DNA of 63,034 nt, the filler included, from Octopus bimaculoides (lineage: Eukaryota), in assembly GCF_001194135.2 (NCBI RefSeq). It is 5 parts of 5 records of this genome, joined end to end, with 100 filler letters (N's around TTAATTAATTAA, not from the genome) between each part and the next. Parts side by side here need not be neighbours in the genome. Positions count along the whole stretch, not along the records: positions 1 to 24,674 come from NC_068983.1; 4 more parts are not named here. The stretch is one strand, 5' to 3'. Shown here piece after piece: positions 1 to 11,486 of this stretch (positions within the stretch are counted from its first letter, which is position 1; every line of letters begins with the position of its first letter). The notes under the pieces are model-generated. The model saw only the letters and a program-made list of their open reading frames with translations. It was not told the DNA's origin and searched no databases. Made by a program: the position numbers and the translations under genes.

Positions 1-46
<46 letters not shown>

Positions 47-409
47 CTTTATTTTTAAGGCTTGTGTTGCAAATTTCTCTTGCGTTTCTCCTTCGGGTAA
101 TATATAATAATAACCTAAAGCTATTTTACTGCTCTTATAAGAAGCTATATACCCACAACGTTCTATTACTCTATGTCTTTGCGCTCTTAACTCATTATAC
201 ATCGTCCTGCCTTCCTCTTTTTTCTCTCTCTTTCTTCCTTTCTCCTGCTCTCGTCTAGAATAATACATACTGTATATCTCATCCTTATTAGACAGTTGGA
301 CTAGGATGTTGTATCACCTAGCGACTACAGACTTCTCTGCATCCTATTAATTATAAAAACGTACACTTATATGGAAACCAGGAAAAGGAATGCGTGCGAC
401 TGTGTATAA

Positions 410-545
410 ACTCGTGGCTATGGTGTTGCACTCACGATCACAAGGTCGTGGTTTCGATACTTAGATCGAGTGGTTCGTTATGTTCTTGAGCAAGACACTT
501 TCTTCCACGTTTCTCCAATTCCCTTACCTATAAATAGGTGCAAGT
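410..545 (+). mobile_element. Degenerate tRNA-derived SINE (family C-like)
   Basis: B-box-like ggtttcgatac followed by tgttcttgagcaagacactt, the same motif as the better copies at 14518 and 53932. Confidence 0.55.
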
Positions 546-796
546 GATGTAGTCCAAGCCTAATATTCTGAGTTCGATCTGCGACTACTTCGCCATCTGA
601 CGTGAGGTTCATCGTGCTCCTGTACAAGCAAGGTCGATTTGAGGGAGTGAGTGAGCTAACACAAAACACACACACACACACTCTTCCTCTCTCTCTCTCC
701 CTGTGTCTCTCTCTCTCCCTGTGTCTCTCTCTCTCCCTGTGTNNNNNNNNNNNNNNNNNNNNNNNNNNNNNNNNNNNNNNNTGTGTGTCTCTCTCT

Positions 797-840
<44 letters not shown>

Positions 841-1088
841 CTATCTCTCTCTCACACACACACACATTCACACACATGCACACACAAAATGTTGACAACT
901 AAAAACATAGCTTGTGCGAGTTGTTCACCAATAAGTTGCGAAACCCAACCCTTTTTTGTCCTAGTCACCCATCTTTTTCACAAATTCANNNNNNNNNNNN
1001 NNNNNNNNNNNNNNNNNNNNNNNNNNNNNNNNNNNNNNNNNNNNNNNNNNNNNNNNNNNNNNNNNNNNNNNNNNNNNNNNNNNNNNNN

Positions 1089-1345
1089 CCAAGATAGCCA
1101 TAATTAGACACTGCACGATTGCGTGCAGAACGGTTTCATCGTTCTGTGCATCGCGGGCAGTCCCTTTTGACAACGATTTCCGTGTTTGATGAGTTTATCG
1201 CGAACCGGCAGTGCTCCTCGGTAGCGTTGTCAGGCCAGGAATTTCTGTATGTTATCCATGGTAGTGCTAGGCCCGAATGTCCTCCGAAACAGACCAGCTA
1301 ATTCTTCCTCGTCGACGCCTAGATTTTGTCTGGAAACGTCATCGA
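1089..1345 (-). mobile_element. L1/Tx1-like non-LTR retrotransposon ORF2 fragment with C-terminal CCHC zinc knuckle, disrupted
   Basis: Minus strand reads LGVDEEELAGLFRRTFGP...QKFLA*QRYRGALPVRDKLIKHG, then after frameshifts CPRC and AQNDETVLHAIVQC. This is the C-x2-C...H-x4-C pattern of L1/Tx1 ORF2. Truncated by the N-gap. Confidence 0.7.
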
Positions 1346-1348
1346 TGG

Positions 1349-1416
<68 letters not shown>

Positions 1417-1552
1417 ATGACGACGACGATGATGATGATGTCAAAGATTACGACGACAAAGACGAAAAAGAAGAACAAGAACAAGAAGAACAAGAAGAAG
1501 AAGAACAAGAAGAACAAGAAGAACAAGAACAAGAAGATGATGATGATGATGC

Positions 1553-1596
<44 letters not shown>

Positions 1597-1680
1597 ATGG
1601 TGGTGGTGGTGGTGATGATGATGATGATGATGAATGTGAAGGTGATTATGGTCTCACTGATGATAATGATGATGGTTCTT
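1346..1680. repeat. Compound (GAT)n/(GAA-CAA)n/(GGT)n microsatellite
   Basis: Directly visible; explains the poly-D/E/M/I ORFs. Confidence 0.95.
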
Positions 1681-2419
1681 ATACTTTTTTGCTTCAGGGA
1701 CATCAGATGAGGGTGTGACGCCAACATATAATAGCTACAATCAAACAAAAATCAAAATTAGCAAGCTATTTGTTAATTGATTATTTTTTTTTCGAATATA
1801 TTTTGAACGAAATACCAGCGAAATAAAATAAAATAAAAAGTAATAAAAATAAAATAAAAAGGAATTGGTCGCTCTTGGTTAATCTTGGAGTCTTTTGATA
1901 TGTCTTTCACACAAAGAATAAAACGAGAATTGCGATAGATTTCTACATTTGCTTCTGTGACGTGGCTAGAAAATCATAGCAAAAGGGTTTCGCGTCCTAA
2001 GGGTAATAATTTTTATATGTGATCTCCCCACAAGGGAAACGCTGATCAGCATTTACTAAAACTCTTCAAAGCCGCAGATTTTGAGATCTGAAGTTCATCT
2101 CTTCACTGAAAATATTACAATAATCGAAAGTAGGAAATTTTCTGCGCAACCTAAATTTGGGATCAAACGTTTCGTATAACAACATAGCGGCTGATGAAAC
2201 TATTGTGTTAGTAGCAACGGTTGTAAGAAGTAGTTTACTGTATATATGTATATATATATATATACACGCGTCTGTGTGTAAAGTCATTCTATCCCTTTTC
2301 TATGTCTCTCTCTGTCTCTCTGCGTTTACATTTTTGATCATCCATGAACAAGGAGAGGTTTATCTGATCAATTTTTCTTCTTTCATCATCACCAAAGAAG
2401 TCGATAAGTACAACAACGA

Positions 2420-2581
2420 AGAATGTATGTATGTATGTATGTACGTATGCTCATATATACATATATGTATATGTATATATATATATATGTATGTATATAT
2501 ATGTATATACATATGTGTATGTATATATATGTATATATACATACACATGTATGTAAATGTTTATACATACATGCATACATA

Positions 2582-2636
<55 letters not shown>

Positions 2637-2700
2637 TTACATACATACAATTATATATATATATATATATATGTATGTATACAGATACATATATATACGT
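2420..2700. repeat. (TA)n/(TATG)n compound microsatellite (representative of dozens in the window)
   Basis: Directly visible. Confidence 0.95.
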
Positions 2701-2720
2701 ATGTTTTGTATATGTATATC

Positions 2721-2932
2721 CTTTTCTATTGTAGGTATAGAGTACGAAACTTTTGGAGAAGGGCCCAGTCGATTAGATCGACCTCAGTAGGCAACTGGTA
2801 CTTAATTTATCGACCCCGAAAGGGTGAAAAGCAAAGTCGACCTCGGTGGAATTTGAACTCAGAACGTAACGACAGACGAAATACTGCTAAGCATTTTGCC
2901 CGGCGTGCTAACGATTCTGCCAGCTCGCCGCC
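2721..2932 (-). mobile_element. tRNA-derived SINE family A, full length
   Basis: Reverse complement begins ggcggcgagctggcagaatcgttagcac (A-box-like), contains gagttcaaattcc (B-box-like) and the body gtcgactttgc...gataaattaagtaccagt...ggtcgatctaatcgac. More than 15 related copies in the window. Confidence 0.85.
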
Positions 2933-4139
2933 TTTATGTATATGTATATCTATATATATCTATATATATATATATATGCTTGTATTTGTGTATATATATA
3001 TATGTGTGTGTGTGTGTATGTGTGTATCTGTGTGTGCATGTGTGTGTATGTGTGTGTATAGAAAGAGAGAGGGGTAAAACAGTCGGACAAAGACGTAGAG
3101 TGATTTGTTCATATGTATATGTATATTGTGGTAGAGGGGAAGACATCGTCACGCGTGTGTGAGTGTGCGTGGCTTGTGTTTCAATGTAATGGAGTTTTTT
3201 CTCTCTTCTCTAGGGTTATTGACAAAGTATTCATCTACACTATACTTATTAAACACGTGATTCATTTACTACGATTTATGTGTGGCTTGTGTGTATTTAA
3301 TACGACTAATATCTCATGTACATAGACTGCAACATAAAACAATATAGACTCACAAAGGCAACACAGTAACTACATCAGACGTTACCCATATATAAATAAA
3401 TCACACAAAGAATTTACATGAAACAAATGCATACTAACTACACAAGAGTTGAATATATTAGCAAAAGCTTCAAAAAAGACAACACAGTTTGTATTACATC
3501 AAACAGTTTACTAACAAATTCTACACGATACAAAAACCGAATTTTAAAATCATTTTATCCACAAGAAACGGTGAGTATATAATCCCACGAACAAGCCATT
3601 TGTGACCAGTACGTTTTATAAATGTGAAAGTTGTAAAGCTCACGACTATAACTATTATAGTAGCCTTCAATGTAACACAACTTGTCGCTAATTCACTGGC
3701 AGTGTATTTCCAACAAGGAACAATTGTAAAGCAACACATCGAATGGCTCACTACTAGATATACATGTATTTTTCAAACAACGTATCTATTCAATTTAGAA
3801 TAATTGTTTTTCACAAATATTGAAGATTAATGGGGAAGCAACACTCATACAACTGCACAATGTTGGTTTACAATTTTATACTCACTGCAGACAAAAATAG
3901 CATCCTACAGATAAGTGCGTGCATGGGTGTATGGTTTAAAAGCTATTTTTACAGTCACTTGGTTTCTTGTTCGGTGCTACTGCGCGGTGGGATAAATATT
4001 TTTATTTGCAGAGACACTGAAGACGAGTACCAATCTTTCATGTGGCAGGCTTGACATTTGGTGAGAAATTCTTCTGGGGATTATACCAATGGCAGCCTTG
4101 TTGACCCACAAATAAATATATATATATATATATATACAT

Positions 4140-4303
4140 TCGCCATGATAGATCGCTTACCACTACACAAATTTTTTTTCTCTGCTTGTTTCTCTCCTTG
4201 TTTCTTTCTGTGTTCCTTTCTGTGGAAGAGCGTAGGCTCGAAACGTTAAAGACATTTTCAATTCCCGAGCGTTATACTAATACATCTGTTTTGTTTTCTA
4301 CAC
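4140..4303 (+). mobile_element. Short repeat carrying a minimal hammerhead-ribozyme-like motif (Penelope-like/retrozyme-type, tentative)
   Basis: cttt-CTGTGGA-A-GAGC-gtag-GCTC-GAAAC-GTT-aaag at 4216-4251; related motif on the minus strand at 24526-24561. Confidence 0.45.
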
Positions 4304-5429
4304 NNNNNNNNNNNNNNNNNNNNNNNNNNNNNNNNNNNNNNNNNNNNNNNNNNNNNNNNNNNNNNNNNNNNNNNNNNNNNNNNNNNNNNNNNNNNNNNNN
4401 NNNNNNNNNNNNNNNNNNNNNNNNNNNNNNNNNNNNNNNNNNNNNNNNNNNNNNNNNNNNNNNNNNNNNNNNNNNNNNNNNNNNNNNNNNNNNNNNNNNN
4501 NNNNNNNNNNNNNNNNNNNNNNNNNNNNNNNNNNNNNNNNNNNNNNNNNNNNNNNNNNNNNNNNNNNNNNNNNNNNNNNNNNNNNNNNNNNNNNNNNNNN
4601 NNNNNNNNNNNNNNNNNNNNNNNNNNNNNNNNNNNNNNNNNNNNNNNNNNNNNNNNNNNNNNNNNNNNNNNNNNNNNNNNNNNNNNNNNNNNNNNNNNNN
4701 NNNNNNNNNNNNNNNNNNNNNNNNNNNNNNNNNNNNNNNNNNNNNNNNNNNNNNNNNNNNNNNNNNNNNNNNNNNNNNNNNNNNNNNNNNNNNNNNNNNN
4801 NNNNNNNNNNNNNNNNNNNNNNNNNNNNNNNNNNNNNNNNNNNNNNNNNNNNNNNNNGTATTTTATGTATGTATATATGCATGTATGTATCTAGGTATGT
4901 ATGTGTATCTTTTTATGTTTGTCCCCATTGCTCTTTGACCACCGTAATTGGTTTGTTAATGTCCCTGTAACATGGTTCAGCATAAATAAAACGAATTATG
5001 TATCCGACCTGACGACTACAGACAAAACGCAACTGTGTCGAAACTCAAACAATTCATATCTGTATTGCGTAGTTTCTCTCTCTCATTCTATCTCTTTCTC
5101 CGTCTCTTCCTTCCTCTCTCCCCCGCTCTCCTCTCCTCCACTCTCACTCTCCCTCTCCCTCACTCTTTCTCTGCGTCTCTCTCTGTCTCTCCCCTCGCTC
5201 TATCTTTCATTCTCTATCCTCACCCTCTCTCTTTCATTCTCTCTCCTCTCACCTCTTCCTCTTTAGTCTCCCCTCTCCCTCCTCTACCCTCTCACCCTCT
5301 CCCTCCCCTCCCGTCACCCTCCTCTTCAACCTTCTCTATCCTCTCTCATCTGCTCTCTACCCCCTCTCGCTGTTATACATGCAAACTATTTCCTAATATA
5401 ATAATGAGCGTAGTGTTTTTAGATATTTG

Positions 5430-5463
<34 letters not shown>

Positions 5464-6024
5464 CGCGCGTGCGTGTGTATGCATGTGTGTATGTATTTGT
5501 CCAGAATCACGCCGGACGCGGAGTAGGAGAGAAAATGGTAATTCAGTGAAGGAGACGTAGTGAGAATAATAGCCCTGAGAGAGAGGGAGTGAGAGAAGGT
5601 GATAGCAATGAGAGAAAGGAAGAGGTGATAGATGAATCAAGAAGGAAGGGGTGGAAAAAAATCAGCGTTTCAAATATGTGTGGGTATATGCGTGTGTGTG
5701 TGCGCGTGTACAAGGGAAGTATGTGAATGTTTGTATGTGTGATTATCATGTACCTTATTTTGTACCTTAGTTACATATAAAATACTACAATTAGCCATCA
5801 TTATTCACAGCACGTGGTCAGCTTGTGTTCTTAGAATGAAGATAAGAAATTACTTGTCTATCAACAAGAGGAGGTAGAGTGGGAGAGAGGAAGAGAAAGG
5901 GAGAGAGAGGAAGAGAGAAGGAGATAGAATGAAAGTAGTTACTCAGTCATTACGCCTGTAGTCTTCCTCTGCCACAAAATTAAATTGTTGGTGTGAATGA
6001 GGAGTTTGATATGGCTAAATGAAC

Positions 6025-6492
6025 CTACGCTAAGTAAGAAGTTTGCATTCCAGCCATATGGTTCCGGGTTCAGCTCCAATGTGTGGCTCATTGGGCAAGT
6101 GTCTTCTCTAGCCTCGGGCCGACTAAAGACTTTGAGTGCATTTCGTAGACGGAAACTGAAAGAAGTTTATCGCATACATATGTGTGTGTGTAGATATGTA
6201 TATGTATGTATGTGTGTATGTATGTATGTATGTATGTATGCATGTATGTATGTATGTATGTATGTATGTATGTATCTATCTATATAATGTGTGTGTGCTT
6301 CCCCCACAACCTCTTGGCAACCGGTATTGATGTTTGTCCCCGCAACTTATCGGTTCAGCAAAAGAGACCGACAGAATAAGTACCAGGTTTTAAAAAATAA
6401 GTACAGAGGTCGAGTTGTTCGACTAGAATTCTACAAGGCATTGCCCCAGCATGGCCACAGTCTAATAACTGAAAAAGGTAAAGGATAAAAGC
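6025..6492 (+). mobile_element. Composite SINE: tRNA-like head B + internal (TG/TATG)n + tail D
   Basis: Head taagaagtttgc...ggttccgggttcag...gggcaagtgtcttc...gacggaaactgaaagaag; internal microsatellite; tail ...ccccagcatggccacagtctaataactgaaa...taaaag. Confidence 0.8.
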
Positions 6493-6603
6493 TAACAGAA
6501 TAGCTACATAATTTTTGGCTCACAGAGGAAAACACCCCTCTTTGATCTATTAGCATGATCGGGAGAAGTATATACGGTACCTCGATTCTCCACCATTTTG
6601 GAG

Positions 6604-6663
<60 letters not shown>

Positions 6664-7216
6664 GAGTGAGAGAGCAGTGCATGCTATCAAAGTGACACTG
6701 GGGTCAAATATACGAAGCCCATTACACCCATCATTACTACCCGTCTGATAAGGGTACACCAGGCACATGCATCACAACCATATGTGCGCAACATGGTGAT
6801 CTCATATCAAGATACACACCACATGACCTCGCAGGTGGGGCCCAGTTAGAATTTTCTTCAGGTCGAGTAGCCCATCCCGCTCAAAAGGTCCCTGAATAAG
6901 GTTTGTTTAAGGATGTTGAGCAAAACACCCATGTTTCCGAAGGTGAATTATTCAAACCCCAAAGAATTCTTCTCAACAAATGGCTATGATGCTCCCCCAC
7001 TACTTCTGCTCATGATCAGAGATACACATATCGTCAGCCACCAAGGGAATTCTCAACTGGTTAAGGTCAAACAACTGACAAGCAAATCTGTGGTATTGAG
7101 CAGAATATTTGCTGCAGCCCATCTTTTATACCAAGACAAAAGAATGTGCATGATAACACTTCGAATCAGTTAAGATCAGAAGCCATGAGAGCCACTACCT
7201 GGTACTGCATCCGGGC
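6664..7216 (-). mobile_element. Discrete ~550-bp non-coding element (family F) embedded in (ATT)n/(TAA)n
   Basis: Collinear with 34246-34777 with the same ends (gagtgagagagcagtgcatg...ggtactgca..gggc). (ATT)n tracts lie on both sides of both copies. Strand assigned by analogy with the adjacent Dong fragments. Confidence 0.8.
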
Positions 7217-7262
7217 ATTTATTATTATTATTATTATGATTATTATCATTATTATTATTATT

Positions 7263-7715
7263 GCCTTCACAGAGATTCTAACGCTGGAGATGTATTACAG
7301 TGTCAGTTATTCACTACCAGTGAACTAAGGTAACATCTCTTATTTTTCGAGCACCTTCCGGAGTATTCGAGCGGTTCCAAGCAGTGCTGTTTTCTGTAAG
7401 TGCTCCACCCTTATTGCAGCCCCCATTTGTTCAACGTACTTCTCGGGATATTTGCTCACTGTTCCCAGAGCTCCGACAATTATTGGTACTACTCCTACTT
7501 TTTTCATCGACCACATTTGCTTAACTTCCTAAGCTAACATGTCATATATCTCAACTTTTCTTTCTTCCTTATCGCATACCTTGTTGTCAGCTGGGCATGC
7601 TATATCTATGATCCATCATAGTTCGTTTTCTTTCTCAATTCAGACTATCTCCGGTTTCCTATTCTCTATCTCATGGTCGCACTGAATCATAAAATCCTAT
7701 AGGATCTTTGCATTT
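7263..7715 (-). mobile_element. R4/Dong-clade non-LTR retrotransposon 3' fragment (restriction-like endonuclease domain + 3' UTR), pseudogenised
   Basis: One frame with four internal stops: KIL*DFMIQCDHEIENRKPEIV*IEKENEL*WIIDIACPADNKVCDKEERKVEIYDMLA*EVKQMWSMKKVGVVPIIVGALGTVS...HLQKTALLGTARILRKVLEK*. Stop at 7340-7342, ~75-nt UTR, then (TAA)n. Confidence 0.85.
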
Positions 7716-7721
7716 CATGTA

Positions 7722-7846
7722 ATTAAAGCTCACAGCTTGTTTTGCTGGGTATAATGGAAAGTGTCAACTGTCCACAGCCAGCAGACTAAGGTGACACTTG
7801 TTTACTGGTCAGGCTACAAGAACCCTACGAAGAATTGTTGCAGATC

Positions 7847-7847
<1 letters not shown>
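7722..7847 (-). mobile_element. Second R4/Dong-like element, extreme 3' tip
   Basis: GSATILRRVLVA* parallels GTARILRKVLEK*. Its UTR (gtgtcaccttagtctgctgg...tgacact...cccagc) aligns with the UTR of the neighbouring Dong fragment. Confidence 0.7.
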
Positions 7848-7886
<39 letters not shown>

Positions 7887-8057
7887 GAAAGGATTGATGT
7901 TACTCCTCTAGGAAGTAAAGAAACAATAAGAAGAGTGCGGCTGTTATCGAATAAACAATATTTCGACATCTCGTGTGCCATACAGTTCTATATTTAAGAG
8001 ATGAGGAATTATTTACCTTATTTACTTTTGACGGATATTTATCCGATAACTTCCCAA

Positions 8058-8261
<204 letters not shown>

Positions 8262-8779
8262 CCAGCATCATCATCACCGTCATTGTTGTTGTCATTGACA
8301 TCATCTTCATTATCACCCTATCATCACGTTTAATCAATTTTATCATCATCATTATCCTCTTCCTTCTCCACCACCACCTCCGCCTCCCCCTCCTCCTCCT
8401 CCTCCTCCTNNNNNNNNNNNNNNNNNNNNNNNNNNNNNNNNNNNNNNNNNNNNNNNNNNNNNNNNNNNNNNNNNNNNNNNNNNNNNNNNNNNNNNNNNNN
8501 NNNNNNNNNNNNNNNNNNNNNNNNNNNNNNNNNNNNNNNNTTTTCCTCTTCTTTTTTTTTTACATTGAAAATTCCCCGCTGGGTCTGTGAAAAGATGCAA
8601 AAAAAAAAAAAATTATTTCAACAGAAGTAATGGAGGCTTTCTCACAATTATAGCTGATAATCCGTGACCAAGCCTACAATAATATTCCAATTAAGCCATG
8701 TCAATTTAGATGGGAGATTTTGGGGGGCATGTCGATAGTTTTTTACATTTGTTTTTATGGGTTCTTTCTTCTGAATCAT

Positions 8780-9030
8780 TATCATTCTAATTGCTGTTGT
8801 TGCTGCTGCTGTTCTTGTTGTTGTTATTGTTGTTGTCGTGGATGTTGTTGTTGTTGTTGTTGTTGTTCTTCTTCTTTTTTTCTTCTTCTTCTTCTTCTTC
8901 TTCTTCTTCTTCTTCTTCTTCTTCTTCTTCTTCTACTTCTTCTTCTTCCTCCTCCCCCTCCTCTTCTTCTTCTTCTTCTTCTTCTTCTTCTTCTTCTTCT
9001 TCTTCTTCTTCTTCTTCTTCTTCTTCTTTG
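8780..9030. repeat. (GTT)n/(CTT)n microsatellite
   Basis: Directly visible. Confidence 0.95.
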
Positions 9031-9105
9031 TGTTGTAATGTCTTTTATTGCAATCATTACCAACACCAACATCTTTATATTTAAACATTATCGTACCAAT
9101 GTTTT

Positions 9106-9140
<35 letters not shown>

Positions 9141-9484
9141 TATATATATATATATTATATAGTATAGAAATCTATTTATTTAATTATATTTATTCATTTG
9201 CTTGTTTATTTATGTTACCTAAGATTGAATTCAAAATTCATTGTGTCAAGCAAGAGGTAGAAAAAAATAGGGTGAGTTGTACCATACAACCAATGGGGGA
9301 GAAAAAAAGAAGCAAAATACTCCACGATACATAGCTAGAGGAAAAATAAAATAATTCACAAGCAGATTGGATGGGGTGGGGGAGATGAGACATATAATAA
9401 AAAATAAGTAAAATTCGAACATAGAAAATAGCAACAATACCAACAACAACAAAATATATTGTTCAGGGCTTGGTGTTTCGAGCT

Positions 9485-9498
9485 GTTGCCATGACAAC
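9485..9498. promoter_or_regulatory. RFX X-box-like palindrome
   Basis: GTTGCCATGACAAC fits GTHNYY-AT-RRNAAC and is one mismatch from the perfect palindrome GTTGCCATGGCAAC. Lies in unique, CpG-containing sequence. Confidence 0.4.
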
Positions 9499-9746
9499 AT
9501 GCACGCGGTTTCAATTTAATCACGAGAGTGACATCTCTCTCATAGCGGCTAACAAGTCGTGTTTACATACGTGTGTACATAATTACATAATGCATACATG
9601 CATATGTGTGTGTGTATTATATATATGTATATTCTTGAAACGTTGAGCATACGCTTGTATGCCAGGTGCATATACATATAGATAATTATACATATGCATA
9701 TGGTCATTCATACATATACCTATATGAGCATGTAATGTGTGTGAGA

Positions 9747-9800
<54 letters not shown>

Positions 9801-10439
9801 NNNNNNNNNNNNNNNNNNNNNNNNNNNNNNNNNNNNNNNNNNNNNNNNNNNNNNNNNNNNNNNNNNNNNNNNNNNNNNNNNNNNNNNNNNNNNNNNNNNN
9901 NNNNNNNNNNNNNNNNNNNNNNNNNNNNNNNNNNNNNNNNNNNNNNNNNNNNNNNNNNNNNNNNNNNNNNNNNNNNNNNNNNNNNNNNNNNNNNNNNNNN
10001 NNNNNNNNNNNNNNNNNNNNNNNNNNNNNNNNNNNNNNNNNNNNNNNNNNNNNNNNNNNNNNNNNNNNNNNNNNNNNNNNNNNNNNNNNNNNNNNNNNNN
10101 NNNNNNNNNNNNNNNNNNNNNNNNNNNNNNNNNNCGGAGAGAGGGATAGAGAGAGGAAGCGATAGAGTGAGGGATGTAATATATAAATTTTCTTAATCGA
10201 AACCAACAAGTGAAAGCACAATTCTTTAAGGGTGTCGTAATAAAATTTTACCTTCAATTAATTTTATTGAGCTGAAAAACTTGCCCAAGGTTAATAAAGC
10301 CAACTGGGCTGATGAACCAACAAGCATATAATTGAATAGAAGAACCAGTGAATGAATTAACGACTGAGTGAATGAAGGGTTAAATAAATATTCAGGTGAT
10401 TAAAATGTTGTGTACTTTCATTGTCGGTCACGCGGCATT

Positions 10440-10600
10440 CTTCCGACGTTAGGTTCTACATTCAAATCCCACCGAGGTCGACCAAGCCTTTCATCTTTGC
10501 AAGGTCGATAAAACAAGGTACTAGTAAAGTACCGGAGAAAGTGCTTAGCGAAATATTGTCCGTCTTATTGCTGGCCTTGTGCCAAAATTTGAAATCATTA
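10440..10600 (+). mobile_element. Diverged SINE family A-like copy
   Basis: ttcaaatcccaccgaggtcgaccaagcctttcatc...ggtcgataaa...ggccttgtgccaaaatttgaaatc. Confidence 0.6.
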
Positions 10601-11183
10601 TTATTCTTTCGTCACCATTTATTGTATAATCAATGAGACAGTTTAGAGTTTCCTTTTTATCTTATGTCTGTCTGTCCGTCTATATATCCCTCTATTTATG
10701 TCTCTCTCTCTCACACCCCTCTCTCTCACACCGCTCTCTCTCACCGCTCTCTCTCGCCCCCCTCTCTCACCCCCTCTCTCTCGCCCCCCTCTCTCTCTCT
10801 GTATATATATATATGTGTGTGTGTGTGTGTTTAAATTAAATATAAATGCACATAACATGCATANNNNNNNNNNNNNNNNNNNNNNNNNNNNNNNNNNNNN
10901 NNNNNNNNNNNNNNNNNNNNNNNNNNNNNNNNNNNNNNNNNNNNNNNNNNNNNNNNNNNNNNNNNNNNNNNNNNNNNNNNNNNNNNNNNNNNNNNNNNNN
11001 NNNNNNNNNNNNNNNNNNNNNNNNNNNNNNNNNNNNNNNNNNNNNNNNNNNNNNNNNNNNNNNNNNNNNNNNNNNNNNNNNNNNNNNNNNNNNNNNNNNN
11101 NNNNNNNNNNNNNNNNNNNNNNNNNNNNNNNNNNNNNNNNNNNNNNNNNNNNNNNNNNNNNNNNNNNNNNNNNNNNNNNNNNN

Positions 11184-11339
11184 AAAGAATTTTTTAAATT
11201 TTGTCTTTAATATTAGATTATTAACGCTTTCGTTCGTTTTTAGAAATTGCCAAATAGTTTTTTTTTAAATTTTATTTGACAACTTCGACAAAACGAACGA
11301 AAGCTCTAACAATAAGGACTAAATAAAAACAAATTCTTT
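11184..11339. repeat. Imperfect ~156-bp palindrome (MITE-like)
   Basis: gctttcgttcgtttt / aaaacgaacgaaagc, inner tagaaattgccaaata / tatttgacaacttcga, outer aaagaattt / aaattcttt. Confidence 0.6.
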
Positions 11340-11371
11340 TCCCAAACTTCTGGCGACATCCTCTTTTCTCA

Positions 11372-11415
<44 letters not shown>

Positions 11416-11452
11416 GTGTGCAGAGAGAGAGAGAGAGAGAGAGAAAGAGAGC

Positions 11453-11486
<34 letters not shown>

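Noticed and set aside
1230-1748. Long poly-I/M/D/E, poly-Y/I, poly-H and X-rich ORFs throughout the ORF track
   Set aside because: They are translations of microsatellites or N-gaps.
3990-4065. Possible exon tttgcag|AGACACTG...CATTTG|gtgaga and donor at 3569
   Set aside because: No recognisable peptide, stops in two frames and no partner exons; such sites are expected by chance.
5005-5050. CTGACGA...GAAAC as a hammerhead core (also ctgaaga at ~58818)
   Set aside because: Stem II cannot form adjacent to both core boxes.
7160-7216. U2 snRNA-like words at the end of family F (atcagttaagatcaga, cctggtactgca)
   Set aside because: Two short imperfect matches only; no Sm site or overall U2 collinearity.
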